Program-made: the position numbers and the translations under genes
Assembly: GCF_036507355.1 (NCBI RefSeq)
Contig: NZ_AP027877.1
Strand: one strand, 5' to 3'
From: Escherichia coli
Lineage (GTDB): Bacteria; Pseudomonadota; Gammaproteobacteria; Enterobacterales; Enterobacteriaceae
Length of the DNA: 64,000 nt
Part shown: in pieces, positions 47,098-56,827 of the stretch
Position numbering within the stretch: position 1 is the stretch's first letter
Layout of the letters: each line of letters begins with the position of its first letter
The notes under the pieces: model-generated
Seen by the model: the letters and a program-made list of their open reading frames with translations, nothing else
What the model was told of the DNA's origin: nothing
Databases searched by the model: none

Positions 47098-48429
47098 ATG
47101 GAAATTGCATCGAATAAAGGCGTCATTGCAGACGCTTCGACCCCGGCGGGTCGTGCTGGAATGAGTGAGAGCGAGTGGCGAGAAGCGATCAAATTCGACA
47201 GTACTGACACCGGCTGGGTGATTATGAGTATCGGGATGGCGATTGGCGCGGGGATTGTTTTTCTCCCGGTGCAGGTCGGTTTGATGGGATTGTGGGTATT
47301 TTTGCTCTCATCGGTGATTGGTTACCCGGCAATGTATCTGTTTCAGCGATTATTTATTAATACGCTGGCAGAATCACCAGAATGTAAAGATTACCCGAGC
47401 GTCATTAGCGGTTATTTAGGTAAAAACTGGGGCATCCTGTTAGGTGCACTCTATTTCGTAATGCTGGTGATTTGGATGTTCGTCTATTCCACCGCCATCA
47501 CCAACGATAGTGCTTCCTACCTGCATACCTTCGGCGTGACGGAAGGGTTGCTGTCAGACAGTCCCTTTTATGGTCTGGTACTGATTTGCATTCTGGTGGC
47601 GATCTCTTCACGCGGCGAGAAATTGTTATTCAAAATTTCGACTGGCATGGTGCTGACCAAGCTGCTGGTGGTCGCGGCGCTGGGCGTGTCGATGGTGGGA
47701 ATGTGGCATCTGTATAACGTCGGTTCGCTACCGCCGCTGGGGCTGCTGGTGAAAAACGCCATTATTACGCTGCCGTTTACCCTGACGTCGATTCTGTTTA
47801 TCCAGACGTTAAGCCCGATGGTGATCTCTTATCGCTCGCGGGAAAAATCAATTGAAGTAGCGCGGCATAAAGCATTGCGGGCAATGAATATCGCGTTTGG
47901 CATTTTGTTTGTCACCGTCTTTTTCTACGCCGTGTCGTTCACGCTGGCGATGGGGCATGACGAAGCGGTAAAAGCCTACGAGCAGAATATTTCCGCGCTG
48001 GCGATTGCCGCACAGTTTATTAGCGGTGACGGCGCAGCGTGGGTGAAAGTGGTCAGCGTCATTCTCAATATCTTTGCTGTCATGACTGCATTCTTTGGCG
48101 TCTATTTAGGCTTTCGCGAAGCAACGCAAGGGATCGTAATGAACATCCTGCGTCGCAAGATGCCTGCCGAGAAGATTAACGAAAATCTTGTTCAGCGCGG
48201 CATCATGATTTTCGCCATTTTGCTGGCCTGGAGCGCCATCGTACTGAACGCACCGGTGTTGAGCTTCACCTCTATCTGTAGCCCGATTTTCGGCATGGTA
48301 GGGTGCCTGATCCCGGCGTGGCTGGTTTACAAAGTACCGGCATTGCACAAATACAAAGGGATGTCTCTGTACCTGATTATCGTCACTGGTTTGTTGCTTT
48401 GTGTTTCTCCGTTCCTGGCATTTTCTTGA
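47098..48429 (+). CDS. cyuP: Cysteine/serine transporter CyuP (YhaO)
   Basis: 443-aa hydrophobic ORF; recognised as YhaO; paralogous to TdcC in this window. Confidence 0.85.
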   Translation: MEIASNKGVIADASTPAGRAGMSESEWREAIKFDSTDTGWVIMSIGMAIGAGIVFLPVQVGLMGLWVFLLSSVIGYPAMYLFQRLFINTLAESPECKDYPSVISGYLGKNWGILLGALYFVMLVIWMFVYSTAITNDSASYLHTFGVTEGLLSDSPFYGLVLICILVAISSRGEKLLFKISTGMVLTKLLVVAALGVSMVGMWHLYNVGSLPPLGLLVKNAIITLPFTLTSILFIQTLSPMVISYRSREKSIEVARHKALRAMNIAFGILFVTVFFYAVSFTLAMGHDEAVKAYEQNISALAIAAQFISGDGAAWVKVVSVILNIFAVMTAFFGVYLGFREATQGIVMNILRRKMPAEKINENLVQRGIMIFAILLAWSAIVLNAPVLSFTSICSPIFGMVGCLIPAWLVYKVPALHKYKGMSLYLIIVTGLLLCVSPFLAFS

Positions 48430-48456
48430 TTTACCTGAAATTTTAAGGTTTTTAAT

Positions 48457-49767
48457 ATGTTTGATTCGACTTTAAATCCGTTATGGCAGCGTTACATCCT
48501 CGCCGTTCAGGAGGAAGTAAAACCGGCGCTGGGATGTACTGAACCGATTTCACTGGCGCTGGCGGCGGCGGTTGCTGCGGCAGAACTGGAAGGTCCGGTT
48601 GAACGTGTAGAAGCCTGGGTTTCGCCAAATCTGATGAAGAACGGTCTGGGCGTCACCGTTCCCGGCACGGGAATGGTGGGGCTGCCGATTGCGGCGGCGC
48701 TGGGGGCGTTAGGTGGAAATGCCAACGCCGGGCTGGAAGTGCTGAAAGACGCAACTGCGCAGGCAATTGCCGATGCCAAAGCACTGCTGGCGGCGGGGAA
48801 AGTCTCCGTTAAGATCCAGGAACCTTGCAATGAAATCCTCTTCTCACGCGCCAAAGTCTGGAACGGTGAGAAGTGGGCGTGTGTCACCATCGTCGGCGGG
48901 CATACCAACATTGTGCATATTGAGACGCACGATGGTGTGGTGTTTACCCAGCAGGCGTGTGTGGCAGAGGGCGAGCAAGAGTCTCCGCTGACGGTGCTTT
49001 CCAGAACGACGCTGGCTGAGATCCTGAAGTTCGTCAATGAAGTCCCGTTTGCGGCGATCCGCTTTATTCTCGATTCTGCGAAGCTAAATTGTGCGTTATC
49101 GCAGGAAGGTTTGAGCGGTAAGTGGGGGCTGCATATTGGCGCGACGCTGGAAAAACAGTGCGCGCGCGGTTTGCTGGCGAAAGATCTCTCTTCATCCATT
49201 GTGATTCGTACCAGCGCGGCATCCGATGCGCGTATGGGCGGCGCTACGCTTCCGGCTATGAGTAACTCCGGCTCGGGTAACCAGGGGATCACCGCAACAA
49301 TGCCTGTGGTGGTGGTAGCAGAACACTTCGGAGCGGATGATGAACGGCTGGCGCGTGCGCTGATGCTTTCTCATTTGAGCGCAATTTACATCCATAACCA
49401 GTTACCGCGTTTGTCTGCGCTGTGTGCCGCAACGACCGCAGCAATGGGGGCCGCCGCCGGGATGGCATGGCTGGTGGATGGGCGTTATGAAACCATCTCG
49501 ATGGCGATCAGCAGTATGATCGGCGATGTCAGCGGCATGATTTGCGATGGTGCGTCGAACAGCTGCGCGATGAAGGTTTCGACCAGTGCTTCGGCTGCGT
49601 GGAAAGCGGTGTTAATGGCGCTGGATGATACCGCCGTGACCGGCAATGAAGGGATCGTGGCGCATGATGTTGAGCAGTCGATTGCCAACCTGTGTGCGTT
49701 AGCAAGCCATTCGATGCAGCAAACGGATCGGCAGATTATCGAGATTATGGCGAGCAAGGCCAGATAA
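48457..49767 (+). CDS. cyuA: L-cysteine desulfidase CyuA (YhaM)
   Basis: 436-aa ORF; recognised as YhaM; follows cyuP by 27 bp. Confidence 0.85.
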   Translation: MFDSTLNPLWQRYILAVQEEVKPALGCTEPISLALAAAVAAAELEGPVERVEAWVSPNLMKNGLGVTVPGTGMVGLPIAAALGALGGNANAGLEVLKDATAQAIADAKALLAAGKVSVKIQEPCNEILFSRAKVWNGEKWACVTIVGGHTNIVHIETHDGVVFTQQACVAEGEQESPLTVLSRTTLAEILKFVNEVPFAAIRFILDSAKLNCALSQEGLSGKWGLHIGATLEKQCARGLLAKDLSSSIVIRTSAASDARMGGATLPAMSNSGSGNQGITATMPVVVVAEHFGADDERLARALMLSHLSAIYIHNQLPRLSALCAATTAAMGAAAGMAWLVDGRYETISMAISSMIGDVSGMICDGASNSCAMKVSTSASAAWKAVLMALDDTAVTGNEGIVAHDVEQSIANLCALASHSMQQTDRQIIEIMASKAR

Positions 49768-49787
49768 ACGCCAGGTTTTGGGTATCG

Positions 49788-49895
<108 letters not shown>

Positions 49896-49900
49896 TGTCT

Positions 49901-50065
49901 TTACGCGGTAGCTTCATCCTCGGCTAAACGCGTTTCAGCATCCGCGACGATAGCTTCCAGCTCGCTCAACATCTCTTCATAGCCAAAATTTTTGGCGGTG
50001 CGAGCAGGTTCTTTCGCCACCACGGGCTTCGCTGGCTGGCGCTTTTTGGCCGATTTTTTACTCAT
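49901..50065 (-). CDS. yhaL: Small protein YhaL (54 aa)
   Basis: Below the 60-aa ORF-track cutoff. Minus-strand translation: MSKKSAKKRQPAKPVVAKEPARTAKNFGYEEMLSELEAIVADAETRLAEDEATA, with ggag RBS and up to two further in-frame ATGs upstream. Confidence 0.6.
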   Translation of the reverse strand: MSKKSAKKRQPAKPVVAKEPARTAKNFGYEEMLSELEAIVADAETRLAEDEATA

Positions 50066-50087
50066 CATCATCTCCCTGTAAAAACAA

Positions 50088-50789
50088 CTAGACAGGCAAA
50101 TCTATCAGCAAAGCGCGCAGTGGGGAATCGGCAACCAGCGTAATGTTAGCCTCGTCACGAATAAACGCCCCATCACCGCAGGTCAGCGCCGCTTTCTCTT
50201 CATGATGCGTAATCGCATGAAATTTCCCGTGAATCGATTGCAAATACGCGCGTGGTCCATGCAACTGGAAATTCGCACTTTCGCCTTTGTCGAGCACGAT
50301 ATGGTGCAGCCATACTTGCTGGCGTAATTGCAGGCTTCCCATCGCACCCTCTGGCGAGGCGATTAATTGCTGCTTGCCCATATTAAGCGCCAGCTTTTGA
50401 ATCAGCGGATTCTCTCGCTGCGGGCAGGCGTCCAGCCAAAGCTGCATTCGTGTTAACGGTTTGTCTTTGCTGAGATTGTGTTCGCTATAGCTGACACCTG
50501 GCTGGGTAGAGAGCAGCAACGCCTCTCCGGCGCTGGCCTGAACATGATTGCCTTCGCTGTCGCGATACTCTGCTTCTCCATCCAGAATCACATTTAAAAT
50601 ATCGACTTTGGGATAGGTTCGCGGCTGAAAGGCGGCACCTGGGGCCAGCACTTCCTGGTTAAGCACACGCAGGGAGGCATAGCCTAACAATTTCGGGTCG
50701 AAGTAGTGTCCAAAGGAAAAAGTATACCGGGCCTGCAACCATCCGTAGTCTGCTTGTCCACACTGCCTGGCAGTTCGGGTAGTAATCAT
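50088..50789 (-). CDS. yhaK: Pirin-like bicupin protein YhaK
   Basis: 233-aa ORF; synteny. Confidence 0.85.
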   Translation of the reverse strand: MITTRTARQCGQADYGWLQARYTFSFGHYFDPKLLGYASLRVLNQEVLAPGAAFQPRTYPKVDILNVILDGEAEYRDSEGNHVQASAGEALLLSTQPGVSYSEHNLSKDKPLTRMQLWLDACPQRENPLIQKLALNMGKQQLIASPEGAMGSLQLRQQVWLHHIVLDKGESANFQLHGPRAYLQSIHGKFHAITHHEEKAALTCGDGAFIRDEANITLVADSPLRALLIDLPV

Positions 50790-50893
50790 AATTCTTGACC
50801 TCTCTTTACTTCCTTTTATGGTAAGGGGCTGGACGCTACATTGTTAGCCAGATATTCTGCCCGGTATGTTCAAATTTCCTGAATGAGAACGAA

Positions 50894-51790
50894 ATGGCCA
50901 AAGAAAGGGCATTAACGCTGGAAGCACTACGGGTTATGGATGCGATCGATCGCCGGGGCAGTTTTGCGGCGGCAGCGGATGAGCTGGGACGCGTGCCTTC
51001 CGCACTTAGCTACACCATGCAAAAACTGGAAGAAGAGCTGGATGTGGTGCTGTTTGACCGCTCGGGCCATCGCACCAAATTCACCAATGTCGGGAGGATG
51101 TTGTTGGAGCGAGGGCGCGTTTTGCTGGAAGCCGCAGATAAACTGACTACTGATGCGGAAGCTCTCGCGCGCGGTTGGGAAACGCATCTCACCATTGTGA
51201 CCGAAGCGCTGGTACCGACACCTGCCTTTTTCCCGTTAATCGACAAACTGGCGGCAAAAGCCAATACCCAACTGGCAATCATCACAGAAGTGCTGGCGGG
51301 GGCGTGGGAACGGCTGGAGCAGGGGCGGGCGGATATTGTTATCGCGCCGGATATGCATTTTCGTTCCTCGTCGGAGATCAACTCGCGCAAGCTCTATACG
51401 TTAATGAACGTCTACGTTGCCGCGCCTGATCACCCGATTCATCAGGAGCCGGAACCGTTATCTGAAGTGACGCGTGTGAAATATCGTGGAATTGCGGTGG
51501 CGGATACCGCTCGTGAGCGCCCGGTGTTGACCGTACAGCTGCTGGACAAACAGCCGCGCTTAACGGTGAGCACGATTGAAGATAAACGTCAGGCATTACT
51601 GGCGGGGCTTGGCGTGGCGACGATGCCGTATCCGATGGTCGAAAAAGATATTGCGGAAGGGCGGTTGCGTGTCGTCAGCCCGGAATCGACCAGCGAGATC
51701 GATATTATTATGGCCTGGCGTCGTGACAGTATGGGGGAAGCGAAATCCTGGTGTCTGCGGGAAATTCCCAAACTTTTTAGCGGAAAATAA
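50894..51790 (+). CDS. yhaJ: LysR-family transcriptional regulator YhaJ
   Basis: 298-aa ORF with N-terminal HTH; divergent from yhaK. Confidence 0.85.
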   Translation: MAKERALTLEALRVMDAIDRRGSFAAAADELGRVPSALSYTMQKLEEELDVVLFDRSGHRTKFTNVGRMLLERGRVLLEAADKLTTDAEALARGWETHLTIVTEALVPTPAFFPLIDKLAAKANTQLAIITEVLAGAWERLEQGRADIVIAPDMHFRSSSEINSRKLYTLMNVYVAAPDHPIHQEPEPLSEVTRVKYRGIAVADTARERPVLTVQLLDKQPRLTVSTIEDKRQALLAGLGVATMPYPMVEKDIAEGRLRVVSPESTSEIDIIMAWRRDSMGEAKSWCLREIPKLFSGK

Positions 51791-51802
51791 TATTTGTTAT
51801 TG

Positions 51803-51830
51803 TTAATAAAAAGGGGCGAAATATCGCCCC
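51803..51830 (-). terminator. Hairpin terminator between yhaJ and the yhaI 3' remnant
   Basis: Stem ggggcga/tcgcccc with a 4-nt loop; A-run on the plus strand upstream gives a U-run for a minus-strand transcript. Confidence 0.5.
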
Positions 51831-51874
51831 AATTCTAAGATTAATTTGAACCAAACTTCGGTAATGACTCCAAC

Positions 51875-52378
51875 TTATTGATAGTGTTTTATGTTCAGAT
51901 AATGCCCGATGACTTTGTCATGCAGCTCCACCGATTTTGAGAACGACAGCGACTTCCGTCCCAGCCGTGCCAGGTGCTGCCTCAGATTCAGGTTATGCCG
52001 CTCAATTCGCTGCGTATATCGCTTGCTGATTACGTGCAGCTTTCCCTTCAGGCGGGATTCATACAGCGGCCAGCCATCCGTCATCCATATCACCACGTCA
52101 AAGGGTGACAGCAGGCTCATAAGACGCCCCAGCGTCGCCATCGTGCGTTCACCGAATACGTGCGCAACAACCGTCTTCCGGAGCCTGTCATACGCGTAAA
52201 ACAGCCAGCGCTGGCGCGATTTAGCCCCGACATAGCCCCACTGTTCGTCCATTTCCGCGCAGACGATGACGTCACTGCCCGGCTGTATGCGCGAGGTTAC
52301 CGACTGCGGCCTGAGTTTTTTAAGTGACGTAAAATCGTGTTGAGGCCAACGCCCATAATGCGGGCTGTTGCCCGGCAT
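51875..52378 (-). CDS. insB: IS1 transposase InsB (normally made as an InsAB' frameshift fusion)
   Basis: 167-aa ORF recognised as InsB; overlaps insA in the -1 frame. Confidence 0.95.
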
Positions 52379-52572
52379 CCAACGCCATTCATGGCCATAT
52401 CAATGATTTTCTGGTGCGTACCGGGTTGAGAAGCGGTGTAAGTGAACTGCAGTTGCCATGTTTTACGGCAGTGAGAGCAGAGATAGCGCTGATGTCCGGC
52501 GGTGCTTTTGCCGTTACGCACCACCCCGTCAGTAGCTGAACAGGAGGGACAGCTGATAGAAACAGAAGCCAC
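52297..52572 (-). CDS. insA: IS1 protein InsA
   Basis: 91-aa [46 protein letters not shown]..., recognised as InsA. Confidence 0.95.
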
Positions 52573-52627
52573 TGGAGCACCTCAAAAACACCATCATACA
52601 CTAAATCAGTAAGTTGGCAGCATCACC

Positions 52628-52748
52628 GAATGACATTGATAATAGCGCCGACGATGGCGTTAATCAGAGTAAACATCCAGTACTCTTTACGACGTGCGCG
52701 ACCAGAGAAACCAACATAATTTTTTAATACGGCTAAATACCACTGCAT
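52628..52748 (-). pseudogene. yhaI: yhaI 5' remnant (DUF805 membrane protein), truncated by IS1
   Basis: Minus-strand translation MQWYLAVLKNYVGFSGRARRKEYWMFTLINAIVGAIINVI (40 aa) abuts the IS1 end; paralogous to the YhaH N-terminus. Confidence 0.7.
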
Positions 52749-52991
52749 AAAAACATCCCTTTAATTAAAAGTGACGAAAGTCTATTCCGGGTATTGTGTA
52801 AATGCTATTCGTATCTTTCTTTTTCGGATGTTATAAAGGTTTTGATATTTAAGATAAATACATGGTTATTTTTTTTATAGGTAATTTATATAACGACATT
52901 GAAATATTTTAAATAAACATTAGTAAATTATTCATTCATCAACATAATGATAAAAGCCGGATGAGTCAGACATCCGGCGAGCAGATTTGTT

Positions 52992-53357
52992 TTAAGGTTC
53001 CAGTTTTGGATCAGGTCCAAAGCGGTTTTCGCCTGGCGTACCCGCCTGGCAGTTAAAGACGATGATAATAAGCCAGCCGATAAACGGGATTAAGAACAGC
53101 AGTGCCCACCACGCCGAGCGGTCGGTGTCGTGCAGGCGGCGGAACTGAACCGCCCACCACGGTAAAAACACCAGAATACCGTAGATTGTCGTCAGGATGC
53201 CTTCGCCACCAGCGCGTTGCCAGCCTAACATTTTATCCAGCAGCCCCAGCACGAACGTAAAGATGATGTTGACCAGAATAAACATCCAGTACTCTTTGCG
53301 CCGCGCACGACCCCGGAAACCGACATAATTTTTTAGTACTTTCAGATACCAGTCCAT
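52992..53357 (-). CDS. yhaH: DUF805 inner membrane protein YhaH
   Basis: ORF 52992..53378; start placed at MDWYLKVLKNYVGFRGRARRKEYW (121 aa). Confidence 0.8.
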   Translation of the reverse strand: MDWYLKVLKNYVGFRGRARRKEYWMFILVNIIFTFVLGLLDKMLGWQRAGGEGILTTIYGILVFLPWWAVQFRRLHDTDRSAWWALLFLIPFIGWLIIIVFNCQAGTPGENRFGPDPKLEP

Positions 53358-53488
53358 TTTTGCCTCAATTTTGCTCAATCACTTGTTTTTAAAGCAGCAA
53401 ATTAAGAATAGACGTGAATGAAATGGCAGTAAATATTATCGCGATGAATTAATAAGGAGCTGTGAAGGATAAGGGCAAGCGCAAAATT

Positions 53489-53590
53489 GCCAGATGCGCT
53501 ACGCTTATCTGGCCTACGCGGCCTTTGCAACATATTGAATATAAAAGTTTTGTAGGTTTGATAAGGCGTTCATGCCGCATCCGACATGAA
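53489..53590. repeat. REP pair (BIME) between yqjG and yhaH
   Basis: gccagatgcgctacgcttatctggcctac and inverted ...gtaggtttgataaggcgttcatgccgcatccgaca. Confidence 0.65.
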
Positions 53591-53639
53591 CAACATGCAC
53601 TTAGCTAATTATCAGAGGCACCTCGTAAGGTGCCTTTTT

Positions 53640-54626
53640 TTAACCGAAGCGAACATCTCGTCCATGCGGTTCATCGAGATCCTGCCACGGACCAATTGAA
53701 ATAATCCCCGTAGGGTTGATGGTCTTATGACTGCGGAAGTAATGATTACGGATATGATCGAAATTGACTGTTTCGGCAATTCCCGGCATCTGGTAGATAT
53801 CACGCAGGAAGCCATACAGATTAAGGTAATCGCTGATGCGGTGCTTATCACACTTGAAGTGGGTCACATACACTGGATCAAAACGGACCAGCGTGGTCCA
53901 CAGGCGAATATCGGCTTCGGTTAGCTGGTTGCCGGTCAGGTAACGATGCTGACCTAAAATCTGTTCCAGTCGCGCCAGCGATTCAAACACTTTCTCCACC
54001 GCTTCATCGTAGGCTTGCTGGCTGGTGGCAAAACCAGCTTTATACACGCCGTTGTTAACGGTGTCATAAATCCAGCCGTTAAGTTCGTCAATTTTCGTTT
54101 GCAGGGCTGGTGGGTAGTAATCACCAGCTTTCGCGCCCAGCGCATCAAACGCGGTATTAAACATGCGGATGATTTCTGCTGATTCGTTGCTGACGATGGT
54201 GTGGTTCTTTTTGTCCCACAGCACGGGAACAGTAACTCGTCCGCTGTAGTGTGGATCGGCGTGGAGATAAAGCTGATACAAAAATTCATGTTGATAGAGC
54301 GTGTCTCCGGTTGCTCCCGGAAAACTGTCATCAAAGGTCCAGCCGTTTTCCAGCATCAGCGGGTTCACTACGGAAACGGAAATAAACGGTTCCAGTCCTT
54401 TGAGTTTGCGCATGATCAGCGTGCGGTGCGCCCACGGGCAGGCGAGTGAAACATAGAGATGATAACGATCTTTCTCTGCGATAAAACCGCCTGTGCCAGT
54501 GGGGCCAGGAGCGCCATCGGCAGTGAGCCAGTTACGAAATGCGGAAGCTGAACGTTGAAATTTACCGCCGGTAGATTTGGTATCGTACCAGGTGTCATGC
54601 CAGACGCCGTCAATCAGTTGACCCAT
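53640..54626 (-). CDS. yqjG: Glutathionyl-hydroquinone reductase YqjG (Xi-class GST)
   Basis: ORF 53640..54647; start placed at MGQLIDGVWHDTWYD (328 aa). Confidence 0.88.
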   Translation of the reverse strand: MGQLIDGVWHDTWYDTKSTGGKFQRSASAFRNWLTADGAPGPTGTGGFIAEKDRYHLYVSLACPWAHRTLIMRKLKGLEPFISVSVVNPLMLENGWTFDDSFPGATGDTLYQHEFLYQLYLHADPHYSGRVTVPVLWDKKNHTIVSNESAEIIRMFNTAFDALGAKAGDYYPPALQTKIDELNGWIYDTVNNGVYKAGFATSQQAYDEAVEKVFESLARLEQILGQHRYLTGNQLTEADIRLWTTLVRFDPVYVTHFKCDKHRISDYLNLYGFLRDIYQMPGIAETVNFDHIRNHYFRSHKTINPTGIISIGPWQDLDEPHGRDVRFG

Positions 54627-54695
54627 TTTTCTCTCCTCCAATAGCAAAAACGAGGAGCTTCCTCCTCGTTTTTTATCGTTAAGTATAGCGCGTGC

Positions 54696-55088
54696 TTACC
54701 ACTTTTTATTCAGCAGGCGGTCGATGCTATACGCGCCCGGACCGGTAATTGCCAGCAGCAGGAATCCGCCAGAAATTGTCAGGTTTTTCATGAACATCAG
54801 CGAGTTGACGCCTTCAGCAAAGTTGCTGTGAAATAAAAATGCCGTCAGCAGCGTAAAGCCCGCAGTAAACAGGGCTGTGGTGCGAGTCAGGAAACCGAAC
54901 AGGATTGCCAGACCACCACCAAACTCAAGCAGAATCACCAGCGGCAGCATAAAACCCGGGACGCCCATCGCTTCCATATATTGTTGGGTACCCGCGTAAC
55001 CAGTAATTTTTCCCCAGCCTGCGGTAATAAACAGAATCGGCATTAAAATGCGCGCTACCAGTACACCAACATCTTCTAATTTTTTCAT
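54696..55088 (-). CDS. yqjF: DoxX-family inner membrane protein YqjF
   Basis: ORF 54696..55178; start placed at MKKLEDVGVLVARI (130 aa). Confidence 0.8.
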   Translation of the reverse strand: MKKLEDVGVLVARILMPILFITAGWGKITGYAGTQQYMEAMGVPGFMLPLVILLEFGGGLAILFGFLTRTTALFTAGFTLLTAFLFHSNFAEGVNSLMFMKNLTISGGFLLLAITGPGAYSIDRLLNKKW

Positions 55089-55273
55089 CATACTCTCCAC
55101 TGCGCCACTCAGGCTGCTGATTGTTTTTTTGTGCAAGGGCGCGGTATTAGCGTCGTTGCTGTCGATGGAGAGAATCATAAACGTGGTGAATGATGATTGT
55201 TAGCAAGGAAAACTGTCAAAAATCTTCAAAAAATTTGATGGGTAAGGCCGGAATGGCTCCGGCCAGAGGGAAG

Positions 55274-55573
55274 TTAACCGCGAAGCTGTTGCTGCTTGAG
55301 GGTCGTTTTAACCAGACGCCAGGCGCTCCATACGCCAAAACCGCGTCTGGCCCAGCGGACCAGCATATTAGGATGGCGAATCGTCCAGATCGCCATCACG
55401 CTACTGCCAACCAGCGCCCAGGAGCGCAGACTTAGCAGCATATTCCAGCGACGATCGTAAGCGCCTGTTGCCTCCAGCCATTCACGACGACTGGCGGAAA
55501 GATCCAGCCGTTGTTGCTGGATCTGGCTAAGCAGTTGCGCCTTACGTCGTTCACGTTCGACTTTACTGCTCAC
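55274..55573 (-). CDS. yqjK: Uncharacterized protein YqjK
   Basis: ORF frame 55274..55675; probable GTG start giving MSSKVERERRKAQLL (99 aa); overlaps the yqjE 3' end. Confidence 0.7.
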   Translation of the reverse strand: MSSKVERERRKAQLLSQIQQQRLDLSASRREWLEATGAYDRRWNMLLSLRSWALVGSSVMAIWTIRHPNMLVRWARRGFGVWSAWRLVKTTLKQQQLRG

Positions 55574-55967
55574 GGGACTCCTCCTCGAGCAGCTGCCGAT
55601 CGTTTGCCAGCTCATGGCGTGTATGGCGCAGCAAGGTGGATTTACGCGATTTACGTAACGTCCAGATACCGCCAATCAGTGCCAGTAGCAGCAACACCAC
55701 GGTGGTGGCAATCATCGCATTCAGGCGATATTGCGGATCAACCGCCCAAATAATTAGCACCATCAGGCTCATAAGACCAAATGCAGCGAAAAGCATCGTC
55801 AGGCCCAGCATCAGTAAAAGTTGAAAGAGATTAGCTTTTTCCTCTTCCAGCTCCACCACCGCCAGCCGCAGACGTGTTTCCACCATTTCAACCATGATGG
55901 AAACAATTCGCTGCCCGATGCCCAGAACGCTTTTACCGGGCCCTTGCGCGTGATGAGTGTCCGCCAT
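55563..55967 (-). CDS. yqjE: Inner membrane protein YqjE
   Basis: ORF 55563..56036; start placed at MADTHHAQGPGK (134 aa). Confidence 0.8.
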   Translation of the reverse strand: MADTHHAQGPGKSVLGIGQRIVSIMVEMVETRLRLAVVELEEEKANLFQLLLMLGLTMLFAAFGLMSLMVLIIWAVDPQYRLNAMIATTVVLLLLALIGGIWTLRKSRKSTLLRHTRHELANDRQLLEEESREQ

Positions 55968-55969
55968 AA

Positions 55970-56275
55970 TTAACGACGCGACAGCAGAACGCCGAGCACT
56001 ACACCGATTGCAGCGCCAATGCCCACGCCCGTCCATGGATTTTCACGCACATACTCATCGGCACGCGCCGCCGCGACACGGGTTTGTTTGGCGATGGCAT
56101 CACCGGTTTCACCCAGGCGATAACGGCTCTGTTTCAGTGCCTGCTCCGCTTTGCTACGAATCTTACTCAACTCTTCTTTCGACTTCTCGCCAGATGAGCT
56201 AAGCACCTCTTCCAGCGTATCGGAAAGGGATTTCAACTCAGCACGCAGATGTTCCGTAGTGTGTTCTTTCGACAT
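55970..56275 (-). CDS. yqjD: Ribosome-associated membrane protein YqjD (ElaB family)
   Basis: 101-aa ORF with C-terminal transmembrane anchor; recognised as YqjD. Confidence 0.85.
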   Translation of the reverse strand: MSKEHTTEHLRAELKSLSDTLEEVLSSSGEKSKEELSKIRSKAEQALKQSRYRLGETGDAIAKQTRVAAARADEYVRENPWTGVGIGAAIGVVLGVLLSRR

Positions 56276-56312
56276 AGTTTTCTCCAGGTGAGTAAGTAGT
56301 GACTATTGTGAG

Positions 56313-56681
56313 TTAGTAGTCGCGCGCTTCCAGCTTTTTCAGCTCTTCCTGCGCTTCTGCCAGTTTCCGTTCGCGTTTGGCAATCTTATCGGCATCGCCT
56401 TTTTGCTTCGCCTCGGCTAAATCTTGCTGGCGTTCCGCCACCTCATCTTTCTGCTTTGCGATTTTCTTCTGATGATCGGCACGCAGCTGGCTATCTGAAC
56501 AGTTGGCCCGGACTTCACTCAGGGCTTTATTCAGACCGTCAATACGATTCTGGTTTTGGTGTTTTTCGGCATAGCTGATTTCCTTAAGGATATTTTGCTC
56601 CTTTTCCTGACACAGGGTAGTGGCATAACTACCGGCACTAAGAGCAAAAAGAGAAACAGCTAAAGCGATGCGGTATTTCAT
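56313..56681 (-). CDS. yqjC: Periplasmic protein YqjC (DUF1090)
   Basis: ORF 56313..56696; start placed at MKYRIALAVSLFALSAGSYA (signal peptide). Confidence 0.8.
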   Translation of the reverse strand: MKYRIALAVSLFALSAGSYATTLCQEKEQNILKEISYAEKHQNQNRIDGLNKALSEVRANCSDSQLRADHQKKIAKQKDEVAERQQDLAEAKQKGDADKIAKRERKLAEAQEELKKLEARDY

Positions 56682-56827
56682 TCTTGAACCTTCCATTGTG
56701 ATTCGGACCTATTACAAAGGAACGATTGTCCAGACAACGAAGCGGTAGTGTTAACCACCGCCTCATTAATCATAGACAGTTACGGTGAAATCACCAAAGT
56801 GGGTGATCTGTTTCGGATAACAGGAAG

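Larger units (their letters stand above)
51860..52627 (-). mobile_element. IS1 insertion sequence (768 bp)
   Basis: Ends ggtaatgactccaacttattgatagtg... and ...cactaaatcagtaagttggcagcatcacc are the IS1 terminal inverted repeats; InsA and InsB ORFs inside. Flanking 9-mers ccaaacttc and gaatgacat differ, so there is no target-site duplication. Confidence 0.95.

Noticed and set aside
48507-49292. 261-aa minus-strand ORF inside cyuA (yhaM)
   Set aside because: Antisense to cyuA; Ala/Ser/Pro-rich translation typical of GC-rich antisense frames.
53616-53643. Hairpin aggcacc/ggtgcct plus T-run as the yqjG terminator
   Set aside because: The T-run is on the plus strand and overlaps the yqjG stop codon, so it is oriented wrongly for a minus-strand yqjG terminator; probably REP-associated structure or a plus-strand terminator of unknown origin. 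Left unannotated.
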